Assembly: GCA_016190175.1 (NCBI GenBank)
Contig: JACPRC010000202.1
Location: forward strand, 11,750 to 75,749
Source: Planctomycetota bacterium
Lineage (GTDB): Bacteria > Planctomycetota > MHYJ01 > JACPRB01
Direction: 5' to 3'
DNA: 64,000 nt
The position numbers were made by a program, and so were the translations under genes. Below the pieces are notes generated by a model, which saw only the letters and a list, made by a program, of their open reading frames with translations, was not told the origin of the DNA and searched no databases. Positions 1 to 9,686 of the stretch are shown in pieces. Each line of letters opens with the position of its first letter. Positions within the stretch are counted from its first letter, which is position 1.

Positions 1-1
1 G

Positions 2-307
2 GCGCTGGAGCGGCTGGCGGGCTACGCCTGGCCCGGGAACGTACGCGAGCTGCAGAACGTCCTGGAGCGGCTCGTCGTCCTCTCGGGCGGAGGCGTCATC
101 ACGGCGGAAGAGACGGCGGCCTGCCTCCCGGCCGGCGCAACCGCCCCCGCCGGCGGCGGCCTCGGCTCCGCCCGCGCCGAGGCGGAGCGCCACGCGATCG
201 AGCGCGCCCTCCGGGAGACCGACGGCAACCGCACCCGCGCCGCGAAACTCCTCGGCGTCAGCCGCCGCACGCTGCACAACAAGCTCAACGAATACGGCAT
301 CGAATGA
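2..307 (+). CDS. Sigma-54-dependent transcriptional activator, C-terminal fragment (gene begins upstream of the window)
   Basis: Translation ALERLAGYAWPGNVRELQNVLERLVVLSGG...RAAKLLGVSRRTLHNKLNEYGIE*. GAFTGA-like WPGNVRELxN is the end of the sigma-54 interaction domain, followed by a Fis-type HTH. Confidence 0.8.
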   Translation, partial: ALERLAGYAWPGNVRELQNVLERLVVLSGGGVITAEETAACLPAGATAPAGGGLGSARAEAERHAIERALRETDGNRTRAAKLLGVSRRTLHNKLNEYGIE

Positions 308-318
308 AGGCGAGCTTT

Positions 319-402
319 CAGCCATCAGCGATCAGCCCTCAGCAAGACCGACGAAACGCCCTTCTTGCTGATAGCTGATAGCTGATTGCTGACGGCTGAT
401 CG
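319..402. repeat. REP-like imperfect inverted-repeat element (copy A of the GCTGAT/CAGCC family) between convergent genes; probable bidirectional terminator
   Basis: cagcgatcagccctcagcaag ... cttgctgatagctgatagctgattgctgacggctgatcgcttg. Both arms are complementary. Related copies at about 19186 and 29478 share catcagcc..tcag and gacggctga cores. Confidence 0.5.
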
Positions 403-414
403 CTTGCACGGCGG

Positions 415-2286
415 TCATTTCCCTTCCAGCGCCTTGAGCGCCTTCTCGATGTCGATGCCGGGACCGAGGGGGGCGTCGTCGCCGAGCCCGCCCCCGAACA
501 TCATCCGCAGGAGTTCCTTCGGCTTCATCCCGAGGGCCGGAAGCGCCTGACGGAGGTTGGCTGCGACCTCGGGCGCGAAGATCGTGTCGAGCACGAAATC
601 CCCCGAGTCGTCCACCCCGAGGTCCTCGTCCCCGTGCGTCTCCTCGAACCAGCGGCGGAAGACCGCCTTCGCGCCGATCGCCTCGGTCCATTCCCGGGGA
701 GAGACGAGGCGGAAGCGGAACCGCGCGACCGCTTCGCGGATCGCCCCGTGCAGTCGCCCGTCGCCGAGCGACTTCCGGAGTTCGACGTAGGCGTAGGGGG
801 CCTTTCCGTAGACGAGTCCCGCGTACTCGATCGGCGAACGGAACGTCGCGGCATCGCGCAGGACCGGCCGGTCCGGACCGTCGAGAAGGCGGTAGAGCGC
901 ATAGTTCAGCTTCACGTTCATGTCCATCAGCGCCCGCGCCGCGGCCGCGCCGTGACGGTCCTCCATCGCCAGACCCGCCGCGTACTGCGCGAGCGGCTCG
1001 TCCAACGCGGGGCCGCGCCGGCTGTCCCCGCCGACGATGCCCGCGAAGTACTGGTGCGCCACCTCGTGCGCGACCGTGAACTCCAGCGCCGGATCCAGCG
1101 AGACCGCCGGCTTGTCCGAGTCGCCCGATGGCCCCAGCAGCTTCGCCAGCCCGCCCCACATCTTGAGGAGCGTCGCGAGCGGGCTCGTCGACTCTTCCGG
1201 CGGCCGATACAGCATCCCGGCGATCAGCACCATGGAGCAGAACTCCACCCCGCCCGCGCCGCCGACGAGCGAGGCTTCGACCACATCGAGTTCCGTGTAG
1301 GGATACGGGCCGAACCGCTTCTCGAACGACGCCAGCGCGGACGTCGCCGCGTCCAGCGCGGCCTTCCCGCCCCGCGCGTCCCGCTTCCGGAAGACGCTCG
1401 TCACGCGCGTCTCTCCGACCGTCCGGGACGCCCGTTCCAGGTCCCGGCCCGCGACGAGCACGAGGTCGCGAACCAGGGCGCCGGCGGACTCCGTCACCCT
1501 CGTCCCCTCCGGGCCGTCCGCAGGCGCGCCGTCGACGAGGTTGGTGACGATCGACAGGCCCGCGGGAACGGCGGTCCTGACGCGGAAGATCGCCACGCCG
1601 TTGTACGCGAGGTCGCCCACCCGCGCGGGAAGCCCCGTGTCGAACTCCCCGTCGCGGTACGGCGCGGCCATCGGGTACGCGCTCGCCATCGTGAGGAGGC
1701 CGTCCCCCTTCGCAAGCAGGCCATAGTCCGCGACGCCGACGGACCCGAGCGAACCCAGCGAGGCCATGCCCTGCGCGTACGGGTCGTTCGCGTTCGCCTG
1801 CAGCACGCGGAAGCGACCCGAGTAGCGCACGGCGAGCGTCACGCGTTCGCCGGGGGCGACCGGCTTCCCGAATCCCACGAGGACCATGCCCGGCCGGGCC
1901 GCCTCCCACCGGGACGCGGGCCCCTCGAGCGTCTCCACGGAGGACACGGCCATCGCGCCCGCTCCGGGCTGCGCCGAACCGAGATCGGCCGCGTCGTTCG
2001 GGTGGAGCAGGAGCGGCAGCTTCTCGATCGGTCGTCCGGTGAGATTCGCGTACCGCAACGTCATCCGGGCGGAGAAGGTCCCCGTCACGTCGTCCACCGC
2101 CTGGCGGATGTCGTAGAGCGGCAGGTCTTCGAGGCGGCGGATTCCGAGATGCCGTTCGATTCCGTCCCGAGCCTCGGGCCGCAAGAGTTCCAGGCCCGGC
2201 ACCTCGTCCGTCGCGGGCGGCGCCGGCGGGCGCGGGAGCGCGCATCCGATCGTCAGGGAAAGCGCCAGCAGGGCCGCATTTCGCAT
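415..2286 (-). CDS. Lipoprotein zinc metallopeptidase (HEXXH gluzincin, M1-like aminopeptidase family)
   Basis: Start at MRNAALLALSLTIGC (signal peptide plus LTIGC lipobox; M115 of ORF 415..2628). Contains the HEVAHQYF zinc-binding motif. The ORF N-terminal extension overlaps the divergent gene and is rejected. Confidence 0.6.
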   Translation of the reverse strand: MRNAALLALSLTIGCALPRPPAPPATDEVPGLELLRPEARDGIERHLGIRRLEDLPLYDIRQAVDDVTGTFSARMTLRYANLTGRPIEKLPLLLHPNDAADLGSAQPGAGAMAVSSVETLEGPASRWEAARPGMVLVGFGKPVAPGERVTLAVRYSGRFRVLQANANDPYAQGMASLGSLGSVGVADYGLLAKGDGLLTMASAYPMAAPYRDGEFDTGLPARVGDLAYNGVAIFRVRTAVPAGLSIVTNLVDGAPADGPEGTRVTESAGALVRDLVLVAGRDLERASRTVGETRVTSVFRKRDARGGKAALDAATSALASFEKRFGPYPYTELDVVEASLVGGAGGVEFCSMVLIAGMLYRPPEESTSPLATLLKMWGGLAKLLGPSGDSDKPAVSLDPALEFTVAHEVAHQYFAGIVGGDSRRGPALDEPLAQYAAGLAMEDRHGAAAARALMDMNVKLNYALYRLLDGPDRPVLRDAATFRSPIEYAGLVYGKAPYAYVELRKSLGDGRLHGAIREAVARFRFRLVSPREWTEAIGAKAVFRRWFEETHGDEDLGVDDSGDFVLDTIFAPEVAANLRQALPALGMKPKELLRMMFGGGLGDDAPLGPGIDIEKALKALEGK

Positions 2287-2395
2287 GGGTCTTCCTCCAA
2301 TCGGGATGTTGGACGCTCCCGGCCGCCCGCGGGTTCCCGGAACGGATGCGCCGCGCCGCGTGTTACAGTTCCGTGTTCGATTCGGAGGGCCGACG

Positions 2396-4771
2396 ATGCG
2401 CGCGTTCTCGCTTCTTCTGTTGCTCGGTTCGACTTTCGTCCCCGTCCCGGCCGCGGGAGGCCCCGACCTCGTCTCCGACGCCTCGCAGTACGACGGCCAG
2501 CCCGCGCTCGCCGTCGACGCCGCCGGCGCGCCGTGGGTCGCGTGGGTCGGGTTCGCGAAGGACAAGGGCGACCAGGTCTTCTGCGCCCGGCGCGCGGACT
2601 CCGGCTGGTCCCGCCCCGTCGCCGTCACGACGAAACCCGGGAACTACGTCCGCCCCGCGATCGCCTGCTCGGGCGAGACGGCGCACGTCTTCTGGACCGC
2701 CACGACCGAGGAGAAGACCTCGATCTGGATGTCGCGCTGCGCGGCGGGGAAATGGTCCGAGCCCGCGCGCGTGTCGCCCGCCGACGGCTATCACCAGAAC
2801 CCCGAGGCCTGCGTCGATCCGCAAGGGCGGGTCTGGCTCACGTGGCAAGGGTTCGTTCGCGGCAACTACGACATCTTCCTCGCCTCGTTCGACGGCGCGC
2901 GGTGGTCCGATCCCGCGACCGTGACCGCCGATCCCGGCAACGACTGGGACCCCGCGATCGTGTGCGACTCGACGGGCAAGATCACCGTTGCGTGGTGCTC
3001 GTTCCGGGAGGCGGACTACGACCTCTACCTGGCGTCGTACGCCGACGGGAAGCTGTCCGGCGAGACGCGCCTGAGCGATCACGGCGGCTATGACCTCCAC
3101 CCGTGGCTCGCGGTGGACGCGAAGGACCGCGTCTGGTGCGCGTGGGACCGCATCGCCATGCCGTACCACGGCGACTCCGGCGGCACGATGGAGGACCGCG
3201 ACCGGAGCGGCGAGCGCAAGGAGCGGCCGAAGGCGGAGATCGTCCTACGCTGCTTCGACGGATCGAAGTTGCTGCGTCCCGTGCGGGCGCTCCCGGATCT
3301 CCCGAAGGGCTACACGCTCCAGCACTGCGGTTACCCGAAGATCGCGGTCGATCGCGCCGGGACCGTGTTGCTCTTCCATCGCGCCCTGATGCACGAGGCG
3401 GGAGGGAAACCGAGGGAGCGGCGCGGGACGGGCTACTGGTGGGACGTGATCGCGACGCGACTCGACGGCGACCGCTGGAGCGCGCCCCTCGTGCTGGAGA
3501 AGAGCGACGGCTATCTCGAGGAACCCGCCGTCGGCCTCGGCGCCGACTCCGTCTGGATCGCGTACCAGATGGAGCACCGCGGCCTGCCGGACGACGACGA
3601 CGACGGGGACCACCACGTCGGGATGAGGCCGCTCGGCGAGAACGGCGACATCTACGTCACGAAGCTCGCCGCCGGGCGCGCCGCGGAACCCGCGCTGGAG
3701 GCCGCGCCCGCGCTCTCGAAGGAGCCGAGCGCGCTCTCGAGGCGATTCGTCCCCCGCAGCGCGGCGAAATACGAGATCGAGTACGGCGGCACGAAGTACG
3801 CCGCCCTCTTCGGCGACCTCCACAAGCACTCGAACATCTCGCGCTGCTCGTCGGGCACCGAACCGTCGCTCGACGACCACTACCGCTACTCGCACGACGT
3901 GTGCCGCTACGACTTCATGATGATGTCGGACCACTCGCAGCACACGACGGACTTCAACTGGTGGAAGCTCCAGAAGAGCGCGGACCTCTACTACATCCCC
4001 GACTACTTCGTGACGCTGTTCGGTTACGAGGCGTCGAACCGCCACCCGATCGGCCACCGCAACATCGTCTTCCCGGCGCGGCCCGCGCCCATCATCCGCA
4101 GCACGCTCGACGGCGGCCGGACGGGCCGCGAGATCTGGAAGGCCCTCGACGGCGTGCGCGCGATCACGATCCCGCACACGTCGGCCGACCCGGGCATGGG
4201 CACGGACTGGCGCGAGCACGACCCGAAGTTCGAGCGGCTCGTCGAGATCTTCCAGGCCTGCCGCGGCTCCTACGAGTCCGACGGCTGCCCCCGGCAGCAC
4301 TCGAAGGCCACCGCGAAGGGCGGCTTCGTGCAGGACGCGCTCGCGAAAGGCTACAAGCTCGGCATCATCTCCTCGACCGACCACGGCTACGGCGTCTCGT
4401 ACGCGATCGTCTACGCGAAGAGCGCAACGCGCGAGGACGTCTTCGACGCGCTCTACAACCGGCGGTGCTACGCCTCGACGGCGTACGGGATCGTCCTCGA
4501 CTTCCGCGCGGACGGGCACCTCATGGGCGAGGAGATCGCGACGGACAAGGACGTCGCGCTGTCGGTCTTCGCGCGCGGCTACGCGAAGATCCGGAGCGTC
4601 GAGATCATCCGCGACGGCAAGGTCGCGCACTCGTGGAAGCCGGAGCGGGCGGAGGCGAAGTTGGAGTGCCGCGACGACGCGGCGAAGGGCGCGCACTACT
4701 ACTACGCGCGCGTCATTCTCGAGGACGGCGAGATCGCGTGGTCGAGCCCGGTGTGGGTGGACGTCAAATAG
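2396..4771 (+). CDS. Secreted protein: Asp-box (BNR-like) β-propeller N-domain plus C-terminal PHP-domain-like metal-dependent phosphoesterase
   Basis: Start MRAFSLLLLLGSTFVPVPAAG (signal peptide; M38 of the ORF). Repeated xDGxRWSxP Asp-box-like motifs (ADSGWSRP, AAGKWSEP, DGARWSDP, DGDRWSAP). C-terminus has GDLHKHSNISRCSSG...DFMMMSDHSQH, resembling the PHP DLHxHS motif. Confidence 0.5.
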   Translation: MRAFSLLLLLGSTFVPVPAAGGPDLVSDASQYDGQPALAVDAAGAPWVAWVGFAKDKGDQVFCARRADSGWSRPVAVTTKPGNYVRPAIACSGETAHVFWTATTEEKTSIWMSRCAAGKWSEPARVSPADGYHQNPEACVDPQGRVWLTWQGFVRGNYDIFLASFDGARWSDPATVTADPGNDWDPAIVCDSTGKITVAWCSFREADYDLYLASYADGKLSGETRLSDHGGYDLHPWLAVDAKDRVWCAWDRIAMPYHGDSGGTMEDRDRSGERKERPKAEIVLRCFDGSKLLRPVRALPDLPKGYTLQHCGYPKIAVDRAGTVLLFHRALMHEAGGKPRERRGTGYWWDVIATRLDGDRWSAPLVLEKSDGYLEEPAVGLGADSVWIAYQMEHRGLPDDDDDGDHHVGMRPLGENGDIYVTKLAAGRAAEPALEAAPALSKEPSALSRRFVPRSAAKYEIEYGGTKYAALFGDLHKHSNISRCSSGTEPSLDDHYRYSHDVCRYDFMMMSDHSQHTTDFNWWKLQKSADLYYIPDYFVTLFGYEASNRHPIGHRNIVFPARPAPIIRSTLDGGRTGREIWKALDGVRAITIPHTSADPGMGTDWREHDPKFERLVEIFQACRGSYESDGCPRQHSKATAKGGFVQDALAKGYKLGIISSTDHGYGVSYAIVYAKSATREDVFDALYNRRCYASTAYGIVLDFRADGHLMGEEIATDKDVALSVFARGYAKIRSVEIIRDGKVAHSWKPERAEAKLECRDDAAKGAHYYYARVILEDGEIAWSSPVWVDVK

Positions 4772-4848
4772 ACCCCCAGCGCCATTCCTGAACCGCGGAT
4801 TCAGCGGCGAGAATCCAGCGGAGGCCGGAGCGGGTCGGCGCTAACCCG

Positions 4849-5068
4849 GCCTATTCAGGGAGGTTCTCGGCCGCAGGCCGAGAACTCGTGAATAGGCCGC
4901 CCGCGGCGCCACCCTGACGAGCAATAGTGCGCCGCGGGCCGCCCGTCGCGCGAGACACGGAGTGTCGAGCGCGATGGAGCGGGGTTGTCCAGCGGAATCG
5001 GCCCGCGGGGCCGATGGAACTGCCCGGAGGGTGCCTTATTCATCCGGGCGGCGGAGCCCGGATGAATA
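4849..5068. terminator. Two GC-rich stem-loops between convergent genes (candidate bidirectional terminators)
   Basis: 4849-4900: gcctattcagggaggttctcggcc/ggccgagaactcgtgaataggc, about a 20-bp stem. 5038-5068: cttattcatccgggc-ggcgga-gcccggatgaataag, a perfect 15-bp stem. No U-tract, as expected at this GC content. Confidence 0.4.
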
Positions 5069-5075
5069 AGTCAGG

Positions 5076-6662
5076 CTAACCGCACCCCTCCGGGAGTTCC
5101 AGACGCGCGAGCGGAATGGGAGGATCGTCGCGGTGGCGCCACTCCGCGGTATGGAGATCCTGCGCGTAGTCCGCCGCCCACCGCCGCCAGTTCTCGGCGA
5201 TGTCGGGGACCGCCCGGAGGAGAACGCCGAAGTCCTCCTCGCTCACCGTGGGCCCGAGCGTGATCCGGACCCAGCCCGGCTTCGCCGCGGCCTCGCCGCG
5301 ATCGAGCGCCCGGCGGATGGCCTCCGATTCCTCGCGCTCGATCCCCAGGAGATCATGCCCATAGGTGCCCGCGCACATGCAGCCTCCGCGCACCTGGATG
5401 CCGTAGAGGTCGCTCAAGAGGCGCACCGCGAGATGGTGGTGCACGCGACCGCCGTCCAGGATGACCGAGAGGATGGCGAGGCGCTCGGCTTCGAGGGAGC
5501 CCAGGATGCGGATCTTCGGATGGTCTCGCCAGGCGGCGATGGCGCGCGCGACGTAGTCCTTCTCGATCGCCTGGATCCGGGAGACTCCGACGGCGCGCTT
5601 GAGATCGAATACGAGCCCCGCCCGGATGATCTGCACGATCGGCGGCGTCCCCCCTTCCTCGCGATGCTGGAGATCGTCGAGGTAGCGGTATTCCCATGGC
5701 GACGTGTAGAGAACCGTGCCTCCGCCGGGTTCGACCGGCGCGCGGTTCTGGAAGAGGGCGCGATTGACGAGGAGAAGGCCGGGGGTCTGCGGACCTCCCA
5801 GAAACTTGTGCATGGAGAGGAAGACCGCGTCTTTCCGAAGCCGGTCGTCGGGATCGGGCGGGTGAAGGTCCACGTCGACGTAGGGCGCCGCGGCGGCGAA
5901 ATCGAAACAGGCGTAGCCCCCGTGCTCGTGCATGACGCGGGCGAGGGCGTCGCAATCCGATCGGATGCCGGTCACGTTGGAGGCCGCGCTGAACGTGCCG
6001 ATCTTGAGCGGCCGATCGCGGCAGGACGGGAGCGAGAGCAGACGATCGAGGTCCCGCCAGTCGGGTCGGCCGTGCGCGTCGTAGCCGATCGTCTGGTTTT
6101 CGGCGATCGTCTCGCGCCACGGAAGATCGTTCGAGTGATGCTCCATGCGCGTGCGCACGACGAGCGGCCGCTTCTCGGGCGGGATGCGCTCGTCGAGACG
6201 AAGTTCCTTCGCCAGGGCATCGGCCACGCGAAGCCCGAGGATGCCGATGAACTTGTTCACCGCGCCCGTCGCGCCCGATCCGGTGAAAATGACGACGTCG
6301 TCCTCGCGGGCGTTCACCGCCTCCCGCGCCTTGCGGTGGGCCTCGTCCACCTGGGCGGTCATGAAGCGGCCCGTCGCGCTCGCCTCGGTATGCGTGTTCG
6401 CCATCATCGGGAGGATCGCGCCCCGGATGATATCTTCGATCGGGCCGAAGGGCAGGCCGGAGGCGGTCTGGTCGAAGTATCGCTTGCGCTGAGGGCCGTA
6501 GGGCGTGACGAAGCCGGTGTCGCGACCGATCACGTGATCGCGCATCCACCGGAGCACCGCATCCTTCGCGAGATCGAACGCCATCGGCCCGTCACTATAG
6601 TGGAATTCGCCCCTCCCGACAATCTCGAGTCCGCCGCAAAAAGTCTCTTCCTTTTCCCGCAT
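5076..6662 (-). CDS. Aminotransferase class V fold PLP-dependent enzyme (cysteine desulfurase-like)
   Basis: Start MREKEETF... The SMHKFLGGPQTPGLL PLP-lysine motif and overall length fit class V aminotransferases or cysteine desulfurases. The ORF-track extension to 8318 is antisense to the kinase gene and is rejected. Confidence 0.7.
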   Translation of the reverse strand: MREKEETFCGGLEIVGRGEFHYSDGPMAFDLAKDAVLRWMRDHVIGRDTGFVTPYGPQRKRYFDQTASGLPFGPIEDIIRGAILPMMANTHTEASATGRFMTAQVDEAHRKAREAVNAREDDVVIFTGSGATGAVNKFIGILGLRVADALAKELRLDERIPPEKRPLVVRTRMEHHSNDLPWRETIAENQTIGYDAHGRPDWRDLDRLLSLPSCRDRPLKIGTFSAASNVTGIRSDCDALARVMHEHGGYACFDFAAAAPYVDVDLHPPDPDDRLRKDAVFLSMHKFLGGPQTPGLLLVNRALFQNRAPVEPGGGTVLYTSPWEYRYLDDLQHREEGGTPPIVQIIRAGLVFDLKRAVGVSRIQAIEKDYVARAIAAWRDHPKIRILGSLEAERLAILSVILDGGRVHHHLAVRLLSDLYGIQVRGGCMCAGTYGHDLLGIEREESEAIRRALDRGEAAAKPGWVRITLGPTVSEEDFGVLLRAVPDIAENWRRWAADYAQDLHTAEWRHRDDPPIPLARLELPEGCG

Positions 6663-6725
6663 CGGGCCCTCCGCGGCGCGCATTCGCACCCACCCCCCCG
6701 CAGTCTTGGGATACAATCCTGCCGC

Positions 6726-9676
6726 ATGGACACGCCCGAGGACTCCGACCTCCTCTTCGGTCGGCTCGTCGTCGAGCAGAAGCTCGTCCGGCCGGAACAC
6801 GTCCGGGAGTGCCTGGGCGTGCAGGCCGCGCTCGCCGCGCAGGGCGCCTCCCCCCTCCCGCGGTTGGGCGAGCTGCTCGTCCAGCGGGGCTACCTCACGC
6901 CCGCCCAGTTCGGGCAGACGATGGGCGCTTCCGGAGCCGCCCCCTCCTCCTCCCCGCCTTCGGACACCCCCGAGGGCGAGCGCTTCGGCAAGTACGTCAA
7001 GACGAGGAGGCTCGGCGAAGGCGGGATGGGCGAGGTATGGAAAGCGTGGGACGGCGGCCTTCGCCGTTGGGTCGCCCTCAAGCTCCTCAAGAACGACGAC
7101 GCCAGCGACATCGCCCGCTTCAAACGGGAGGCCCAGACCGCCGGCGCCCTCAACCACCCGAACATCGCGGCGGTCTACGAAGTCGGCGAGGTCGCCGGCA
7201 AGCACTTCATCGCGATGCAGTTCGTCGAGGGGCAAACTCTCTGCGACTACCCGCGCCGCGACCGGCGGCGGCTCGTCGGGTTCATCCGCGACGCGGCCCT
7301 GGCGGTCCACGCGGCGCACCGGCAGGGAATCCTCCACCGGGACCTCAAGCCGGCCAACCTGATGGTGGGCGAGCCGGGCCGCCGGGTCTACGTGATGGAC
7401 TTCGGGCTCGCCAAATCCATGGACCTCCACAGCCCTCTCTCCGTCTCCGGAGCCGTCGTCGGCACGCCCGACTACATGAGCCCCGAGCAGGCGCGCGGGC
7501 TGGTCCACCGGCTCGATGCGCGCTGCGACGTCTACTCGCTCGGCGCGACCCTGTACGAGCTCCCGGCGAACCGCAAGCCGTTCGACGAGTCCGACGTCTT
7601 CGAGCTTCTTCGGAAGGTGGTCGACGTGGACCCCGAGCCGGTGCGGCGGGTCGAGCCGAAGATCGATCGCGATCTCGAGACGGTCGTGATGAAGTGCATG
7701 GAGAAGGACCCCGCGCGGCGATACGCGACGGCGCTGGAGCTGGCGAAGGACCTGACGCGGTACATCGACGGCCGCCCCATCCTTGCCCATCCGCCGTCGG
7801 TGACCTACCGGGTTTCGAAGTTCCTCGCGCGAAGGAAGGGGATCGTGGCGGCGGGCGCCGTGGCGTGCGCGGGGCTCCTCTTTGCCGCAGGCTATTGGCT
7901 GGCCCTCCGGCGCCAGGCGCAGGGCTGGGCGCGTGAGGGGGAGGCGAAGGCGCGGGCCGGAGAGTATGAGGAGGCGAAGCGCCTCTTCGACCGGGCGAGC
8001 GCGCGCATCGCGGTGAACGAGGACCTCTACCGGCAATGCGAGGCAAAGCTCTCGGAGCGCCGCGCCCAGGCGGAGGCGAAGAGACGCGAGGACGCGATCC
8101 TCGGGCCCCTCCGCGCGCGTCTGGCGCAGCTCCCCGAGAGTCCGGACGGATGGAGTCGCGGGCTCCGACTGCTGGAGCAGGCCCTGAGGGAGTTCGACGG
8201 CTCCAGCGAAACCTGGATGCTCAAGGGCACGCTTCACCAGAGGCTCTTCGAGTGGGACGACGCCTTGGAATCGTACCGGCGGGCCCTGGCGCTGAATCCG
8301 CGTCTCGGTGCGGCGCATTACCGGAGAGGGATGATCCTGCTCGAGGCGAAGGAGCGCCGGGATGAGGCCCTCGTGGAATTCGAGCGGGCGCAGGAAGTGG
8401 AGCCCGATAACGAGTACGCGATGGCCGGGCGCGCGCGCGTCGCGAATCTCAGGGGCGATCCTGCGGGGGCACTGAAGCTGTGCGACGAGGCGGTGCGGGG
8501 GGGGGACGGGCCGCCGATCTCTACTTCATTCGGGGGTGGACGTACGGGGACCCGGCCTGCCGGTTCTTCGATCCGGACCGCGCGATCGCCTGTTACACGA
8601 AGGTGCTCGATCTCGCGCCGCACTTTTGGGCGGCCCGGTACAATCGCGGCAAGGTCCGTCACAGAAAGGCGGAACGTCTCGTCGCCGCGGGACGGACCCG
8701 GGAGGCGGCCGCCGAGTGGGACGCCGCGCTGTCGGATTACGCGGAGATCCTGAAGTCGCTTCCGCGCAATGCCCAGGTCATCGCCGCCGCAGGAGAGGCG
8801 CGACTCGCCAGAGGAGATCCGAAGGGCGCCATCGACGCCTTCACGGCCGCCATCACGGTGGGCCCCGCTCCGGCCCTCCTCTACGTCTTTCGCGGCAACG
8901 CCCAGTACGCCGCGGGCGACTATGATGCGGCCCTGGCGGACTACGGGAAAGCGGTCCAGATCGACCCGGCCTGCACCGAAGCCCTCGTGGGCCGCGGGAA
9001 CGCCCGCTACATGAAACGCGACTACGACGGCGCCGTCGCCGACTACACGAAGGCGATCGCGCTCGCCCCACGCTACGCGAGGGCCTACGCGGGCCGGGCA
9101 CTCGCCTTCAACCGGAAGCGGGACTTCGACGCGGCCCACGCCGACTTCACCCGCGCGATCGAGATCGAGCCGCGCCACCCGCGCGCGCACTTCAACCGCG
9201 GCGTCGTGAGCGCCAACAGGGGCGACCTCGCCGGCGCCATCGAGGACTACACCAGGGCGATCGAGATCGAGCCTCGCGACGCCGATGCCTACATCAATCG
9301 CGCCCAGGCGCGCAAGACGCGGGGCGATATTCCGCGCGCGATCGACGACTACACCGGGACGATCATGATCCGCCCGCGCTTCGCCGAGGCGTACAACAAC
9401 CGGGCCGAGGCGCGCCTGACCGCGGGCGACCTGCGCGGATCGCTCCGGGATTGCGTGGAAGCGATCGGGATCAACCCCCGAATGCCGGAGGCGCATGCGC
9501 TGCGGGGCCTCGTTCGCGAAGCCCTGGCCCGCCGGGAATCGTCCTGCAGACGCGAGCACCTGGTGAACGCGGCGGCCGATCTCGATACGGCCCTCCGGCT
9601 CGGGTCCCCGCGCTGGCACCTTCGCGTCCTGGCGGAGTCCGTGCTTCGGCGCGTGCGCGAGGAATCGCGGAAATGA
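6726..9676 (+). CDS. Ser/Thr protein kinase with N-terminal T2SSE_N-like helical repeats and C-terminal TPR array; frame interrupted by a -1 frameshift at a G9 homopolymer (about 8497-8505)
   Basis: Start MDTPEDSDLL. Kinase motifs GEGGMGEVWKA...VALK, HRDLKPANLMV, DFGLAK, TPDYMSPE. The kinase frame ends in Arg-rich junk after ...CDEAVRGG. With one fewer G it fuses to ...RAADLYFIRGWTYGDPAC and about 10 TPR repeats (ORF 8480..9676). Confidence 0.7.
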
Positions 9677-9686
9677 ACCTGCGGCG

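Noticed and set aside
332-3093. Long ORFs 332..2245 (-), 634..3093 (+), 525..902 (-) overlapping the peptidase gene
   Set aside because: Arg/Gly/Pro-rich low-complexity translations typical of out-of-frame or antisense reading in about 70% GC DNA. The HEXXH-containing frame is the coherent one.
5133-6725. N-terminal 530 codons of ORF 5133..8753 (+) preceding the kinase start, and the 6663..8318 portion of ORF 5076..8318 (-)
   Set aside because: These are antisense to the class-V aminotransferase and the kinase respectively. The translations are Arg/Asp/Glu-rich without motifs. Real genes are 5076..6662 (-) and 6726.. (+).
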